DNA from: Methanobacteriota archaeon
GTDB taxonomy: Archaea > Thermoplasmatota > E2 > DHVEG-1
DNA: 64,000 bases
NCBI GenBank assembly: GCA_963769885.1
Contig: CAVYNH010000004.1
Location: 192,001-256,000, forward strand
Direction: 5' to 3'
Of this stretch, positions 42,101-52,557 are shown piece by piece. A program made the position numbers and the translations under genes. The notes beneath the pieces are model-generated. The model did not search any database. It was not told where the DNA came from and worked only from the letters and a program-made list of their open reading frames with translations. Each line of letters begins with the position of its first letter. The first letter of the stretch is position 1.

Positions 42101-45100
42101 GTCGTACGGCGACGATTGTCTGCTCCAAGGGATTTACCCTCACGGTGTCCTTCCATCCCAGTTCATTGGCATCAGGCGGGAGAATCATGTTATCCCATCC
42201 GAGGCGGTTGATAAGTTGTACATTGAATAGATGGAAGTGGATGGCGTGCGTGTCGATCCCATTGTGTGTGATCCTCCAAATTTGGGTTCCGTCATTAGCG
42301 ACAGGACCGATTAGAGATATATTGCAGTCGTTGATAATATCGACAACTGGGCTTGCATACGGGTACAAAAGGAATCCTTGTTGTTGAGGTCCTGCGTTTG
42401 ATAGTTCAAGTCCTTCCATACCACTTGCTCTTCCGTAATCATCATAGACCGCGCTCATTTCGTCATGTAATGCCTTATCTTGGAAGGGGATCGTGAGTGT
42501 GGTATTGACGATGGTTGTGAAGGTATAGGCGGTGTCACCAATTCTAACGAAGTTATCCACGGGGAAGGTGCTGTTGTAGGCTGAGTCGTGGCCTGCTTGC
42601 GGTGCAATAATTGGGTTGTTATCTGCTTCAAAGACGCCCCGTTTCGCAGCGGTCTTGGCAAATACTGTGTTTAAAGCCGTGAGATTGTATGGAACGGCTG
42701 GAGTGGTGTTGTTCACCCGGAATTGCAGGATGGTTCTGGTGTTCGGACCATACCCGGGTTGAGTTGTCGGTGCGCCGCCGGACGCGGTGTTATCCATGCA
42801 TCCCGTAAAGTAATCGTTTCTTGGGTCTGCTGCTGGCCATGCTGCTGGACCATCATTGTACAGGATGATGGTTTTTCCCGCAAACTGGGAAAAGTCGATG
42901 ATGACATCAGCCCGTTCTGCTGGTACTAGGGCAAGTGCATGATCAAGGACGTTTCCGTAGTTGAAGGTTTTTGGGTTGAGATTAAAGGTGACCGGTTGGT
43001 TCGGTATGACTGTAGGTGCTGGCAGGAATCCTCCTTCAGTACCGATTTGGATAAAATTTGGTCCTACAGTGGTTGGATCAGGAGCACCACCGTCCCTTCC
43101 ATCGGTTGGCCATGTCTCAGGGAAACCAGGGGTAGGAACAGCAGGGACCATCTTGACTTCTGTGTTGGTTCTCCCATCCCAGGTTGTGACATTGGTGTCA
43201 GCTTGATATAACTGCAAGTTCAGGGATCTGTCGTTTCCAACACTTAATATCTTGAATCGATACGCTCTCGGTTCCACATTCATGAAGGGGTATGCAACAC
43301 CATTCACAAGCGGTGTGTCGCAAAACGCTTCCATGACCATAGACGTATCCGGCACTCCAAGTGTCATTTTCGGTTCCCAGGGGGCATTAATTGGATCGTA
43401 ATACGGATTTGGAACTGGTGGGTAGAGTATATCATTAGTTGGTGGGAAGAACCATGGACCGTAATCCCACCGTCCGAAGGCATTTGATCCATCGATTGCA
43501 CCAGCATTCTGATTTGGCATATAGACATGGGGGAACCACAGATCACCGGTATGTGCTGTCCCTGGTGTCGATCCCCAACGCCATAACGGGTCTTGATACC
43601 CAATCGTACTTGCATCAACGAAAGTTTTATCTTGAATAACCAAGGGAGTTCCTATGCCTGGAAGAACCTGTAAATGACCGGGGTTCACACCGGACACATC
43701 GGTACCCGCTATCAAGTCTTGTTCCACTTGATCGGTTAACACGTAGCCCGCTGCTTCACCAGCATAGACATTAAGACGAGTGACGCCGTATGCATGATCA
43801 TGGTAAAACATCAGCCGAGCGCTCTGTTGATTGGTGTAGTAAAACGTTAGAGATCCATTACCTGGATTCGTTGACGCTCCAGGCACCGGTGGCGTTGTTT
43901 GCCCAACTGTATTTGGGATAACGGTACCGTTCACGAACCACATATCAGGAACATACTGAACGCTCACACCCTTCGGGTATTGCGTCATTTCTCCAGCAGG
44001 CGTGGTCCATTGATGGGGCGTTCCATCGCTTATCCAAGGAGTCGCACCGCCATGCAAATGTATCGTCGCGCGATTCTGGGTGTAATTTTCTTTCATCCCA
44101 GGCATCATGGGCATATCAAGCGGCCCCATTCCCGCCCCCATCACCGTGGTATCGACCGGTATGAATAAATTTCCACCCATTCCGGTTGGCAGATAGTTGG
44201 TGAATCTAATCCGCACCGGGCGGTCGCGCATTGCGACAATATTGGGTCCCATATAGTGTGGGTTATCGACTCCATAGACTTGATTGCCGTAGGGATCTCG
44301 GATTGGCGTCCCATTGATATATGTCAAGGGAACATACAACCCAGGGACTGTCGGTGTTGAAATCTGAACATATCCTTCTAACAAAGTCGGTGGAAGATCG
44401 GTGTGCATCTTTTCCGTGTATTGCACAAGCCCTATCTCATAATAATCACAACCCGGATAGGTTGAATTATCAGGAGAAGCAATAACCATATACTGCCCTA
44501 GGTCATTTGCACCCGACGGGCCTAGACCTGGGAGACTGTCAACAAACTTCCTGATGCCGCCAGAGAGGACTCCGCCGATTGTTGCTGTCGCAACCGCACC
44601 TGAACCGGTTGGATCAGTGATAGTAACAATCGGCGAATTGTAATTGGCACCTCCGCTATTGAGAACGATACTGGTGATCACTCCATTTGTTACTACCGCG
44701 GTAGCGTTCGCCCATGAAGTTGGATTATAATAGAGATTAGTAATATTTACTATTGGGACCGTATAACCAGTGCCCCCCTTGACCAATGTAATGCTGGTAA
44801 CAGCACCTGTTGGAAGGGGGCTGTTCGCCCAATTTGGCCACGGACCAAAGAAATGAGGTTTTGTTGACCCATTTATTGGAAGCGGTGAAGGATTCGACCC
44901 TCCATTCTTGCCTTTGAAAAATGAGCTAAACAATTCTCGGAAACGCTCTCCTGCAGCTTGCCGTATTGCGGGTAACTCACGAGCTGCTTTCAGGGTACTC
45001 CGCAGCGTTTTTCAACTCTGGTGTTAAATATGGCAAAGTCGAATCTGTGTTCGCACCATTGATATTTCCAGATGATGTTGCTGAATAGGCTACAGAATTT

Positions 45101-45228
45101 GAAGCTGTTGACAAGTTTCCATCGGCTCTCGCAATGGTGTTTATGAACCCTGTTGAAATCATCGAAAATATGATGATTCCGATTACCATCTGCCTTATTT
45201 TTTCTTTCTTTTCTATAACAATCCTCAT
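39180..45228 (-). CDS. Large secreted multicopper oxidase with FN3 and nine Ig-like (He_PIG-type) repeats; 1-nt frameshift near the 5' end
   Basis: HLHGG, YHDH, HAIHFH, WHCHILGHEEMDMM. Signal-peptide ORF 44977..45228 joins ORF 39180..44933 if one nt is removed within ~44980-45012. Confidence 0.88.
39183..41531 (-). repeat. Nine tandem 261-bp (87-aa) Ig-like repeats
   Basis: P.ITTT.LP.G.V...YSQTL.ATGG..PYTWS...GSLPAGL.....TG.ISGTPTT.GT..F.V...D nine times. Confidence 0.95.
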
Positions 45229-45431
45229 TTTTATTTTCACCAGACCATCGAGCTTCGCTCGGCTATAGAAATATATTTTCAAAATACGTGTGAAACACCT
45301 TTAAAACAATTAAAATTTATAACAGCAAGAGAAGGATGAGTGAACGGAAATAAAACTCTTTATTTTCTAATGATGTATGAATCATCGTTCCCGAATTATG
45401 CGTCAAAGAGAAAAAAAACCGTAGTAATCCG

Positions 45432-46355
45432 TTAAGGAAAAAATATAATGAAGAGAAAATACCCTATGAGCAGAAAATAAAAGATAAAGAAAGACCCTGC
45501 AGATCGAAACACAAGGGGATTGATTCTAGAGATATCAGCCTTATATTTTATTAGACTAGAAACAGAAAAATAGAAAGGCAATAAAGAGAAAAGCGCTACC
45601 AACCAATAATTAATTTCTCCCGTACTAACATGAAAGAACCCATAGAGTACAAAACAAAGCGAGGCAAGAAATGACGAGAGAGCCCCTACGATAAGTCCAA
45701 ACGAAATCCCCTTTTGGACCACTAATGTATTCTTATGACCTTGACGATCTGCTTCTCTATCCGGAATCTCGAGGTAAAAACTTAGACTAAATCCCTGGAA
45801 TAGCAAGGGAAGCAGGAGGAAGAAATAAGGGACATTGAGCTGACCTGCAAGGGCAAAATATCCCAATCCAGGGGCAAGTAACCCTACTGCAAGCATCGTA
45901 CATATCTCACCAAAACCATGATAGAGAAGTTGAATAGGAGGTGCAGTATAATACCATCCAAGAAGATTTCCACACAAAACAAGGATAAAAAATGTCACGG
46001 GATACGAGAAGACAATCATACCAATAAAACCTACTACGATTGAGAAGCCAAGGAAAAACAAAGACACCTGTTTTACTGTTCTCATCAATTCAGGGTGCTC
46101 CACCAGAATTCGACTGCCACCAGAAAAAAAGGTTTGTGCTGCATTCCTATCGACAGCAACATCGTTATAATTATTGTTGTACACTGCAGAGAGCGTCCCT
46201 GCGAAAAGGATCACGTAGACAAATAGAAATCGGACTATGTCAAAGCGTGCGCCAACAATAACAGCGAAGAGAGCACCAAGAAGATACACTAAAAAAACAC
46301 CATGAATAATTGGTCTCCCTAACCTAACAATCCGAGTAATTTTCTGCAGATCTAT
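45432..46355 (-). CDS. UbiA/MenA-family prenyltransferase, probable non-canonical ATA start
   Basis: NNYND..VD, FSGGSR, YTAPP, GFGE, EIPDREADRQGHKNTL; frame open upstream of GTG 46289 through RLGRP to ATA 46355. Confidence 0.85.
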   Translation of the reverse strand: MDLQKITRIVRLGRPIIHGVFLVYLLGALFAVIVGARFDIVRFLFVYVILFAGTLSAVYNNNYNDVAVDRNAAQTFFSGGSRILVEHPELMRTVKQVSLFFLGFSIVVGFIGMIVFSYPVTFFILVLCGNLLGWYYTAPPIQLLYHGFGEICTMLAVGLLAPGLGYFALAGQLNVPYFFLLLPLLFQGFSLSFYLEIPDREADRQGHKNTLVVQKGISFGLIVGALSSFLASLCFVLYGFFHVSTGEINYWLVALFSLLPFYFSVSSLIKYKADISRINPLVFRSAGSFFIFYFLLIGYFLFIIFFP

Positions 46356-46421
46356 GAATAACCCCCCATATAACTGATTGTTTTTCTAATAGGGATAGTA
46401 GATATCGATTGGATTGGCCAG

Positions 46422-46781
46422 CTATGGAACGGTTATTGACTTCGTGTTAAAGCCGAATAGAATGCAATACGCTGATACAGTGATAACATCTCCAGGGTTC
46501 GCAGATAGGTTATATTCATATTTGTTGAGGAAAAAGCTTGGCTGTCTAGAATAGAAATGCACTTGATCTACCACGCCATTTTTTTCGACCTCAATCCGAT
46601 AGATATAATGGATGGAACGAACCGGAGTTGCATGGGACACAGTCACCTTTAAGGTATGGGTATTTGCTTGATATTGAATCCTAAGGTACCGTGGCGGGGT
46701 AGCGTCGACGTTCTGGTGTACAAGAGATAAACTCATGAACAGGACGGTAATAAAAATCCCAGCGATTTTCAGGTATTTCAT
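46422..46781 (-). CDS. Secreted superoxide-reductase-like fold protein with incomplete ligand set
   Basis: Signal peptide; VSH...HYI..IEV, AYCILFG. Confidence 0.6.
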   Translation of the reverse strand: MKYLKIAGIFITVLFMSLSLVHQNVDATPPRYLRIQYQANTHTLKVTVSHATPVRSIHYIYRIEVEKNGVVDQVHFYSRQPSFFLNKYEYNLSANPGDVITVSAYCILFGFNTKSITVP

Positions 46782-48413
46782 CTACACCCCTCCTGACTCC
46801 ACCGTGATATGCCAAATTTCACCAGTAGTCAGTATCGGACCGACGGTCCGTTGGGTCAGTACATACAACTCACCGGATTCATCTGCTCCGATACCCATAA
46901 TGCGAAGATTCAATGGTTTATCGCCACTCAGACGAAACTCCATGTGCTTCCAAACATTTGGTGCACTCTCATTCATATAGTAGAGTTTTCCTCGGGGCTG
47001 GAAATAGGTAGCACTCCAGTCGCCATAGACGTAGTTACCGACAAGCGAAGGAAACTGAGTACCTCGATAGACAACCCCACCGATGACACAGTGGCCAACG
47101 TAATGGCTGTAATCATAGACTGGTGGAGAAAGCGAACTGATATTTATTCCAAGTAACGTGGCTAATGCTGGGTCATAGAGATGATTTCCTTCCATGATCC
47201 TCCATCCGTAATTACCTCCCTTCTGAACGATATCGATTTCTTCCCAGAGGTCTTGGCCAACATCGCCGACAAACAGCCGGCCGTTCAGACTGTCAAAAGA
47301 AAAACGGAATGGGTTACGGAACCCGTACGCGTAGATTTCATCAAGTCCATCCACACCGACAAATGGATTGTCCTCTGGTACGCTATACGGAGTACCGTGG
47401 TCAACATCGATCCGTAATATTTTTCCAAGCAACGTACTGATATTCTGTCCATTGCCGATAACCCCATGCGGGTCGCCCTCACCGCCACCGTCACCGACCC
47501 CGATGTAGAGAAAACCATCCGGCCCAAAGGCAAGTTGTCCGCCACAATGGTTGAAATCAGGTTGTTTGATACTCAGAATGATTCTTTCAGAATTTGGATC
47601 CACCATATTGGAATTATTCGCAAAGACCTGATATTCAGCAATAATGTCCAGATGATCTACGCCAGATTCATTTGCTGGGGCTGTATAATACACAAAGAAG
47701 CGATGGTTAGATATGAAATCAGGATGAAAAGCCAACCCCAACAATCCGCGTTCATCATACACGGGTATGAGTTTCACAATTTTCTTTGACAAATCGAGGA
47801 AAGGCGTAGATTGGAGAACGCCGTTCTCAAGGAGGAGAATTTTGCCGGTTTGCTCAGCAATATAAAGGCGACCTGAGCCATCACCAGCGCCTGTTAAAAT
47901 AATTGGTGCCTTCAAACCGCTGGCAATAGGATCAAGGCGAACAGCCAATGACTCTTCTAATCCAGGTAGGAGGGTCACTCGAATTCCGGTGACATGTGCT
48001 CTTGCAGTGGTTGTTGTAGTGTTCGCATTTGAAGCGTTTACAGTTGCTACAACATTGATTTTTCCAAATCCTATAATGAATGGTATTTTGACAATAGAAA
48101 CGCTGCCTGGGAAAATCAGGGGGATTGTGCCTGATGCTTTTTTACCAACAACGACCAGTCCACCAGATAATGTAACACTCCAATGAACATTGGTTGCATT
48201 GATACTGCCTGTATTTATAATAAAAGCACTCATGCCGAAGAGCTCATTGATTTTATAATCAACATTAAAACCGCTACTAACAAAATCAATTCCAAGTGTA
48301 GTCATAGCTGTTGTTTTATTTTCTGACGCCAGAACCTCTGAATGTAGTACCGTGGCAACACTGGCAAAACTTACTAGCATGGTGCAAAAAAAGGTTATGA
48401 TTTTTTTCCCCAT
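46782..48413 (-). CDS. Secreted PQQ-dependent sugar dehydrogenase (GSDH family) with N-terminal beta domain
   Basis: ERGLLGLAFHPDF, NHCGGQLAFGPDG.LYI..GDGG, GKILRIDV, YGFRNPFRFSFD, GNYGW. Confidence 0.9.
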   Translation of the reverse strand: MGKKIITFFCTMLVSFASVATVLHSEVLASENKTTAMTTLGIDFVSSGFNVDYKINELFGMSAFIINTGSINATNVHWSVTLSGGLVVVGKKASGTIPLIFPGSVSIVKIPFIIGFGKINVVATVNASNANTTTTTARAHVTGIRVTLLPGLEESLAVRLDPIASGLKAPIILTGAGDGSGRLYIAEQTGKILLLENGVLQSTPFLDLSKKIVKLIPVYDERGLLGLAFHPDFISNHRFFVYYTAPANESGVDHLDIIAEYQVFANNSNMVDPNSERIILSIKQPDFNHCGGQLAFGPDGFLYIGVGDGGGEGDPHGVIGNGQNISTLLGKILRIDVDHGTPYSVPEDNPFVGVDGLDEIYAYGFRNPFRFSFDSLNGRLFVGDVGQDLWEEIDIVQKGGNYGWRIMEGNHLYDPALATLLGINISSLSPPVYDYSHYVGHCVIGGVVYRGTQFPSLVGNYVYGDWSATYFQPRGKLYYMNESAPNVWKHMEFRLSGDKPLNLRIMGIGADESGELYVLTQRTVGPILTTGEIWHITVESGGV

Positions 48414-48761
48414 AGCATAGCTCCTTATATCGTAGAATGATAAAATATGAAGCCATTTATAGTAATATCTATAAAATGATTTAAAAACATATAAAAAATG
48501 TCTACAAAACAGATGTTCAATATTTTATGTCCTTAGAAAAGGCAATCCATTTATTAGAAAAAACCGAATCGTCTTTTCGTTGAATACTATTTAATTGCTT
48601 GGAGTAGTTCTTTTACAATGTTTCGCCGATCATGTTTCGACATTTTCTGCCGGATTCCTATCGCCTTACAGTTTCTGATGCACTCGATGCCTCAAACTCA
48701 GATTGAAATTACTTCGTATGGCGCATACCTTCGCTTAAGGCAAAGAAAAAAAGAGGAATGA

Positions 48762-49535
48762 TTACCCGATGTACCGGATATCCTCGGGTTTCTCCTTGAC
48801 CATGCTCTCCATCTCGTTAAGCTGCTGCGCGATGTACTCGATCTCCCGGGCCTTCTCCTCAAGCCTCGAGTAGTCGACCTTGATGTTCACCGCCTTCGTC
48901 AGCACCTTCAATACGGCCTTCGCGCTCTTCGGGTCCACCAGATACCCGGGCGTCTCGCCCATGAAGCACGTCCCGGCGATCCCACGCAGCTTCCCCAGCC
49001 CAAGCAGGAGACCGCTGGCGCCGATGATCCCGCCGCCCGGCTCGTTCTTCTTGAACACCGCACCGTACTTCTTCGTCTCCTTGACGAACTTCACGTCCGT
49101 CGTGGCAAACAGGACCTTGGGCTCCTTGATCTCCCGGCCCAGCCCATAGCCGCCCAGCGTGAACATATGCGAGACATGCAGTCTCTGGATCACGTTGAGG
49201 ATCGACTCGGCCAGCTCGTACTGCCCTTGCGACGACAGCCCCTGATAATCCCCAGTCAACAGGACGAGGTCATGCTGCCCCTTCTGTTTGGCCCGCCAGA
49301 AATAGAACTCGTTGTTCACCAGTTTCACCGTCCCATCCGGGTTAATGAACACCTGTGGTGGAAAATCCTTGCTATACAACTCGGCGAACTTCGTCGCCTT
49401 CAGCGTCTCAATCAAATGCTCCACGGCAAGCTTCCCGACGTTCCCAATCCCCGGCAGCCCCTCAATCAGAATCGGCGCCTTCAACTTCGGAATCTTCGCC
49501 GTGTACTTAATCGTGACCAGATTCATTTTCAGCAT
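48762..49535 (-). CDS. PAC2 family proteasome assembly chaperone
   Basis: IEGLPGIGNVGK, FPPQV, TLGGY, GETPGY..DP; conserved position after nop10. Confidence 0.92.
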   Translation of the reverse strand: MLKMNLVTIKYTAKIPKLKAPILIEGLPGIGNVGKLAVEHLIETLKATKFAELYSKDFPPQVFINPDGTVKLVNNEFYFWRAKQKGQHDLVLLTGDYQGLSSQGQYELAESILNVIQRLHVSHMFTLGGYGLGREIKEPKVLFATTDVKFVKETKKYGAVFKKNEPGGGIIGASGLLLGLGKLRGIAGTCFMGETPGYLVDPKSAKAVLKVLTKAVNIKVDYSRLEEKAREIEYIAQQLNEMESMVKEKPEDIRYIG

Positions 49536-49690
49536 GCCTCCAGTTTCTTCAGCGCCCGGCGGTATTTCCCGTAATGATCCTGCGGGGAGAACCGCGCGGG
49601 TTTATTCACTATCGTCCGCCCTTTGCACTGCGGACAGACATCCTGCAGGGTATAACAATGACATTCTCGACAGAAATGAATCGCTGCCAT
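49529..49690 (-). CDS. nop10: H/ACA RNP protein Nop10
   Basis: C..C..YTL...CP.C, PARFSPQDHYGKYRR. Confidence 0.93.
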   Translation of the reverse strand: MAAIHFCRECHCYTLQDVCPQCKGRTIVNKPARFSPQDHYGKYRRALKKLEAC

Positions 49691-49694
49691 AGGC

Positions 49695-50480
49695 CTACTC
49701 GACGATCTCACGCTTGAACTCGAACTCGCCCTTGCCCTTCATCTTCGCCTGGACGCGTTCCACCGCCTTTTTCATCTGGTGCTCCGCGACCTTATAATCC
49801 GGCGCCTTCACCTTAATGATGTACCGAGGCGCGCTAATGTACTTCACCTCGATCGTCACATCCTCATACTCCGTGGACTCCGCAGTGGTCAGCGCCTCCT
49901 TGATAAACGAGACGCCGTTCGGCAGCGCCGACGACACCATCAACATCCCCTTGATCTCCACGAACGGGATGCTGATACTCTCCTTGGAAATCTTCTCAAA
50001 CGACTGGAGCCACTCACCGGAAAACCCGTCCTTCACCAGCGTGTTACAGTCGTACGCGCACTCCTCAAACGCCACATACAGCGACCCGTACTTCTTGATG
50101 AGCGCGTCGCCGAACTCACGGTAACAGGCCTCCACCGGCTTGTTGAGGTTCTTGGCAACCATCTCGAAGAGCCGCGTAGACTTCTGCGTGTTCTTCCATT
50201 CCTGGATCTTCTCCCGGCGCTGATGGTCGTTGACCTTCTTCAGCGACAGGTCGATGTGGTTCTTCTGCACGTCGACATTGACGACCTTGCAGACCACTTT
50301 TTGCTTTTCACGCACAAAATTGCGAATCCGCTTCACCCACCCGGTCGCAATCTCAGAAATATGAATGAAGCCTTCCTTCCCAGCGTACTCGTCTAAAGAA
50401 ACGAAGGCACCAAAATTCTGCACCTTAGTAATCGTACCGACAATAAGCTCCCCGTCGTCAGGGTACTCCTTCTTTTGCAT
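49695..50480 (-). CDS. eif2a: Translation initiation factor 2 subunit alpha
   Basis: YPDDGELIVG, LDEY..KEGFIHISEIA.GW, IDLSLK, YISAPRY. Confidence 0.96.
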   Translation of the reverse strand: MQKKEYPDDGELIVGTITKVQNFGAFVSLDEYAGKEGFIHISEIATGWVKRIRNFVREKQKVVCKVVNVDVQKNHIDLSLKKVNDHQRREKIQEWKNTQKSTRLFEMVAKNLNKPVEACYREFGDALIKKYGSLYVAFEECAYDCNTLVKDGFSGEWLQSFEKISKESISIPFVEIKGMLMVSSALPNGVSFIKEALTTAESTEYEDVTIEVKYISAPRYIIKVKAPDYKVAEHQMKKAVERVQAKMKGKGEFEFKREIVE

Positions 50481-50493
50481 ACGTAGGTGGACC

Positions 50494-50670
50494 TTATTCG
50501 ATCGTCTCGAGAATGGTCCCTTTGATCTTCGCCTTGCCACCCGTCGGGGTCGCAAGGGTGCTGCTGCAGATGTGACAGAGCACCGTGTTGCTCGCCTTGT
50601 CGAACATCACCTGCTCGTTCTCGCAATCGTTGCAGCGGACCTTGATGAAGCGGCTCTTCGGCTGATCCAT
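50494..50670 (-). CDS. rps27e: 30S ribosomal protein S27e
   Basis: Hand translation MDQPKSRFIKVRCNDCENEQVMF..CHIC..LATPTGGKA (58 aa, absent from ORF track). Confidence 0.96.
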   Translation of the reverse strand: MDQPKSRFIKVRCNDCENEQVMFDKASNTVLCHICSSTLATPTGGKAKIKGTILETIE

Positions 50671-50676
50671 ACTCGA

Positions 50677-50958
50677 TTATTCTCCTTCAATCTCAAACTT
50701 CTTCGACCGGATGCTGGCCGGCTGATACGTCTTCTTACAGATCGTACACGTGTACCGCGTGGCAATCCGCCGACTAGTCTTCTCCCGGCCCTCAGGCTTG
50801 GGCCGAGGGAACCCGCCATACCCACTCGTCGCACGCCGGAACCGGCGCTGACCGCGCTTCAGCTCACTCGCCTTCCGCTTCTTCATCCTGTCGACTTCTT
50901 GGAGCGTATGCTTCTTGCAGTACGGGCAGTAATGCTTGACCTTCCCAGGCATCTTCAT
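50677..50958 (-). CDS. rpl44e: 50S ribosomal protein L44e
   Basis: YCPYCKKHT, GQRRFRR..GYGGFPRP, CTIC. Confidence 0.96.
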   Translation of the reverse strand: MKMPGKVKHYCPYCKKHTLQEVDRMKKRKASELKRGQRRFRRATSGYGGFPRPKPEGREKTSRRIATRYTCTICKKTYQPASIRSKKFEIEGE

Positions 50959-51025
50959 GGGTATCACGAGGTGGTACTAAGTATGGAGGGTAATAAGGAG
51001 GTTGTATATAAAAATGATAGGTGGT

Positions 51026-51682
51026 CTACTCTATGGGGACGAGGATGCCTCGTCTGAGGAGCGGCTCAGCCATCTCGGCCGGCAGCGTCAGCACGTCGTC
51101 CGCGCGCAGCTCATAGACGCGCAGGTCAGTGCCCACGAACGGCGGCATCGTCTGCGCCACCCGCAGTATCGGATGCGGGTTCGCCTGCACCTTCGAAACG
51201 ACCGGGGCTGCAGGCACCGGAGGCGCGGGTGAAGCAACGGGGGCCTGCGGAGGTGTTTTCAGGCTCGAGGCGACCGGGACCGAAGAGGCCGCAGACTCTT
51301 CTGGAGAGGATTCTTCGCCGAGGACCGCCTGCCGCGCCCTCGAAATCTCCCGCAACAGACGTTCATACAACGGTTGCTCCTCCTCCGCGAGGTTCCTAAT
51401 ATCGGGGACGCCGCCGCGGGCCGCGACCAACGCTGCCGCCACGATCTTCTTCTCCCGCAACTCATAGATCCCGGCGACCAGCTTGCGCGTGTTCGCCAAC
51501 TCCTCCGCAAACAACCGGCTCTTCTGCTGCTGCCTCTCAGATGCCACGCTCGACTCCAACGCCTTGAGGTACGCCGCGACATCATGGTAGTAGCCGGTCT
51601 CTAACTTTGTAAGGACTGCCGCGTTTTGCTCCGCCTGCTGCACCTTCCGCAACGACTTGTAGCTGACCGCTGGCTCCTCCAT
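51026..51682 (-). CDS. GINS15-like DNA replication protein
   Basis: Helical A domain (IYELREKKI), low-complexity linker, B domain PPFVGTDLRVY...DVLTLP..AE.L..RG; upstream of rpl44e. Confidence 0.8.
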   Translation of the reverse strand: MEEPAVSYKSLRKVQQAEQNAAVLTKLETGYYHDVAAYLKALESSVASERQQQKSRLFAEELANTRKLVAGIYELREKKIVAAALVAARGGVPDIRNLAEEEQPLYERLLREISRARQAVLGEESSPEESAASSVPVASSLKTPPQAPVASPAPPVPAAPVVSKVQANPHPILRVAQTMPPFVGTDLRVYELRADDVLTLPAEMAEPLLRRGILVPIE

Positions 51683-51853
51683 AGTTGATTTTCCCAATCC
51701 TCAGCCTCACCTTTAAACTTGACTATCGATTCGTATCTTCACTGAAATTCACGACAACCCGAACCATCCAACCCATGTAACTATCAGCGAGTACATAAAC
51801 CTCCCACCGACCAAAGAAAGTATTCCCCCCATTTCAAAACAAAAATCGAACAT

Positions 51854-52507
51854 CTACACGAGACCAGACGTCGTAATCGCGAACTCCGCTCGTAGCCCCA
51901 CCGGCTGCCGCCGATGCCGCACCATCACCGCCTCACGCCGCGACGCGTCCACCCGCGACAACCCCACCACCGTCTTCACCATCGACTCCGTCTGCCGACT
52001 CGTAAATGGACGAATCTGACCCGCCTGATCCGTGTACACCTGCTCCGTCACTACCACCACAAGGCGCCGCTGCCGAGCCGCCACCTGCAACGTCGTCATC
52101 TGCCGTACAAACGACCGCACCGACTCCTCCAATTCCGCCCCCTGCTTCCCCCGGTATAACCCATTTACCGTATCCACCACGATCAACCCAAGGCCCTGCA
52201 GCCGTACCGCATGCGCCACCATCTTTTCCTGCGCCGAGAACGTTCCAGGTCGATAGAAAAACACGGTTCGCAGCACGTCATTGAACACCGATTCGGAGCA
52301 AATCTGCCGCAGTCGCTCCACCGACACTCCCGCCGTGTCCACATACACGGACTTCTTCCCCGCCGCGGCGCATTCCCGGACTGCCTGCAGGCAGCAGTTC
52401 GTCTTCCCCGTCCCCGACTCGCCGTACAACTTGGTGATGATTCCCACTTCCAGTCCACCCCCAAGCAAAACGTCCAGCGACGGGCAGCGTAACGGCAGAA
52501 ATGTCAT
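51854..52507 (-). CDS. radB: DNA repair protein RadB
   Basis: LLGGGLE, GESGTGKT, VVDTV, C-terminal RHR. Confidence 0.88.
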   Translation of the reverse strand: MTFLPLRCPSLDVLLGGGLEVGIITKLYGESGTGKTNCCLQAVRECAAAGKKSVYVDTAGVSVERLRQICSESVFNDVLRTVFFYRPGTFSAQEKMVAHAVRLQGLGLIVVDTVNGLYRGKQGAELEESVRSFVRQMTTLQVAARQRRLVVVVTEQVYTDQAGQIRPFTSRQTESMVKTVVGLSRVDASRREAVMVRHRRQPVGLRAEFAITTSGLV

Positions 52508-52557
52508 CAGTTCAAGGAACGGTCCTCCCCCTGATAAAACCTTATGGCTCTGCAGGC

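Larger units (their letters stand above)
28870..48755. mobile_element. ~20 kb AT-richer genomic island (signal transduction, stress, secreted oxidoreductases)
   Basis: Abrupt change in composition and codon usage and loss of backbone skew between the HAD and PAC2 genes; no integrase or att repeat identified; boundaries approximate. Confidence 0.6.

Noticed and set aside
48617-48650. NVSPIMFRHF resembling an integrase HxxRH motif at the island's right edge
   Set aside because: First His missing, frame short, and no other integrase motifs
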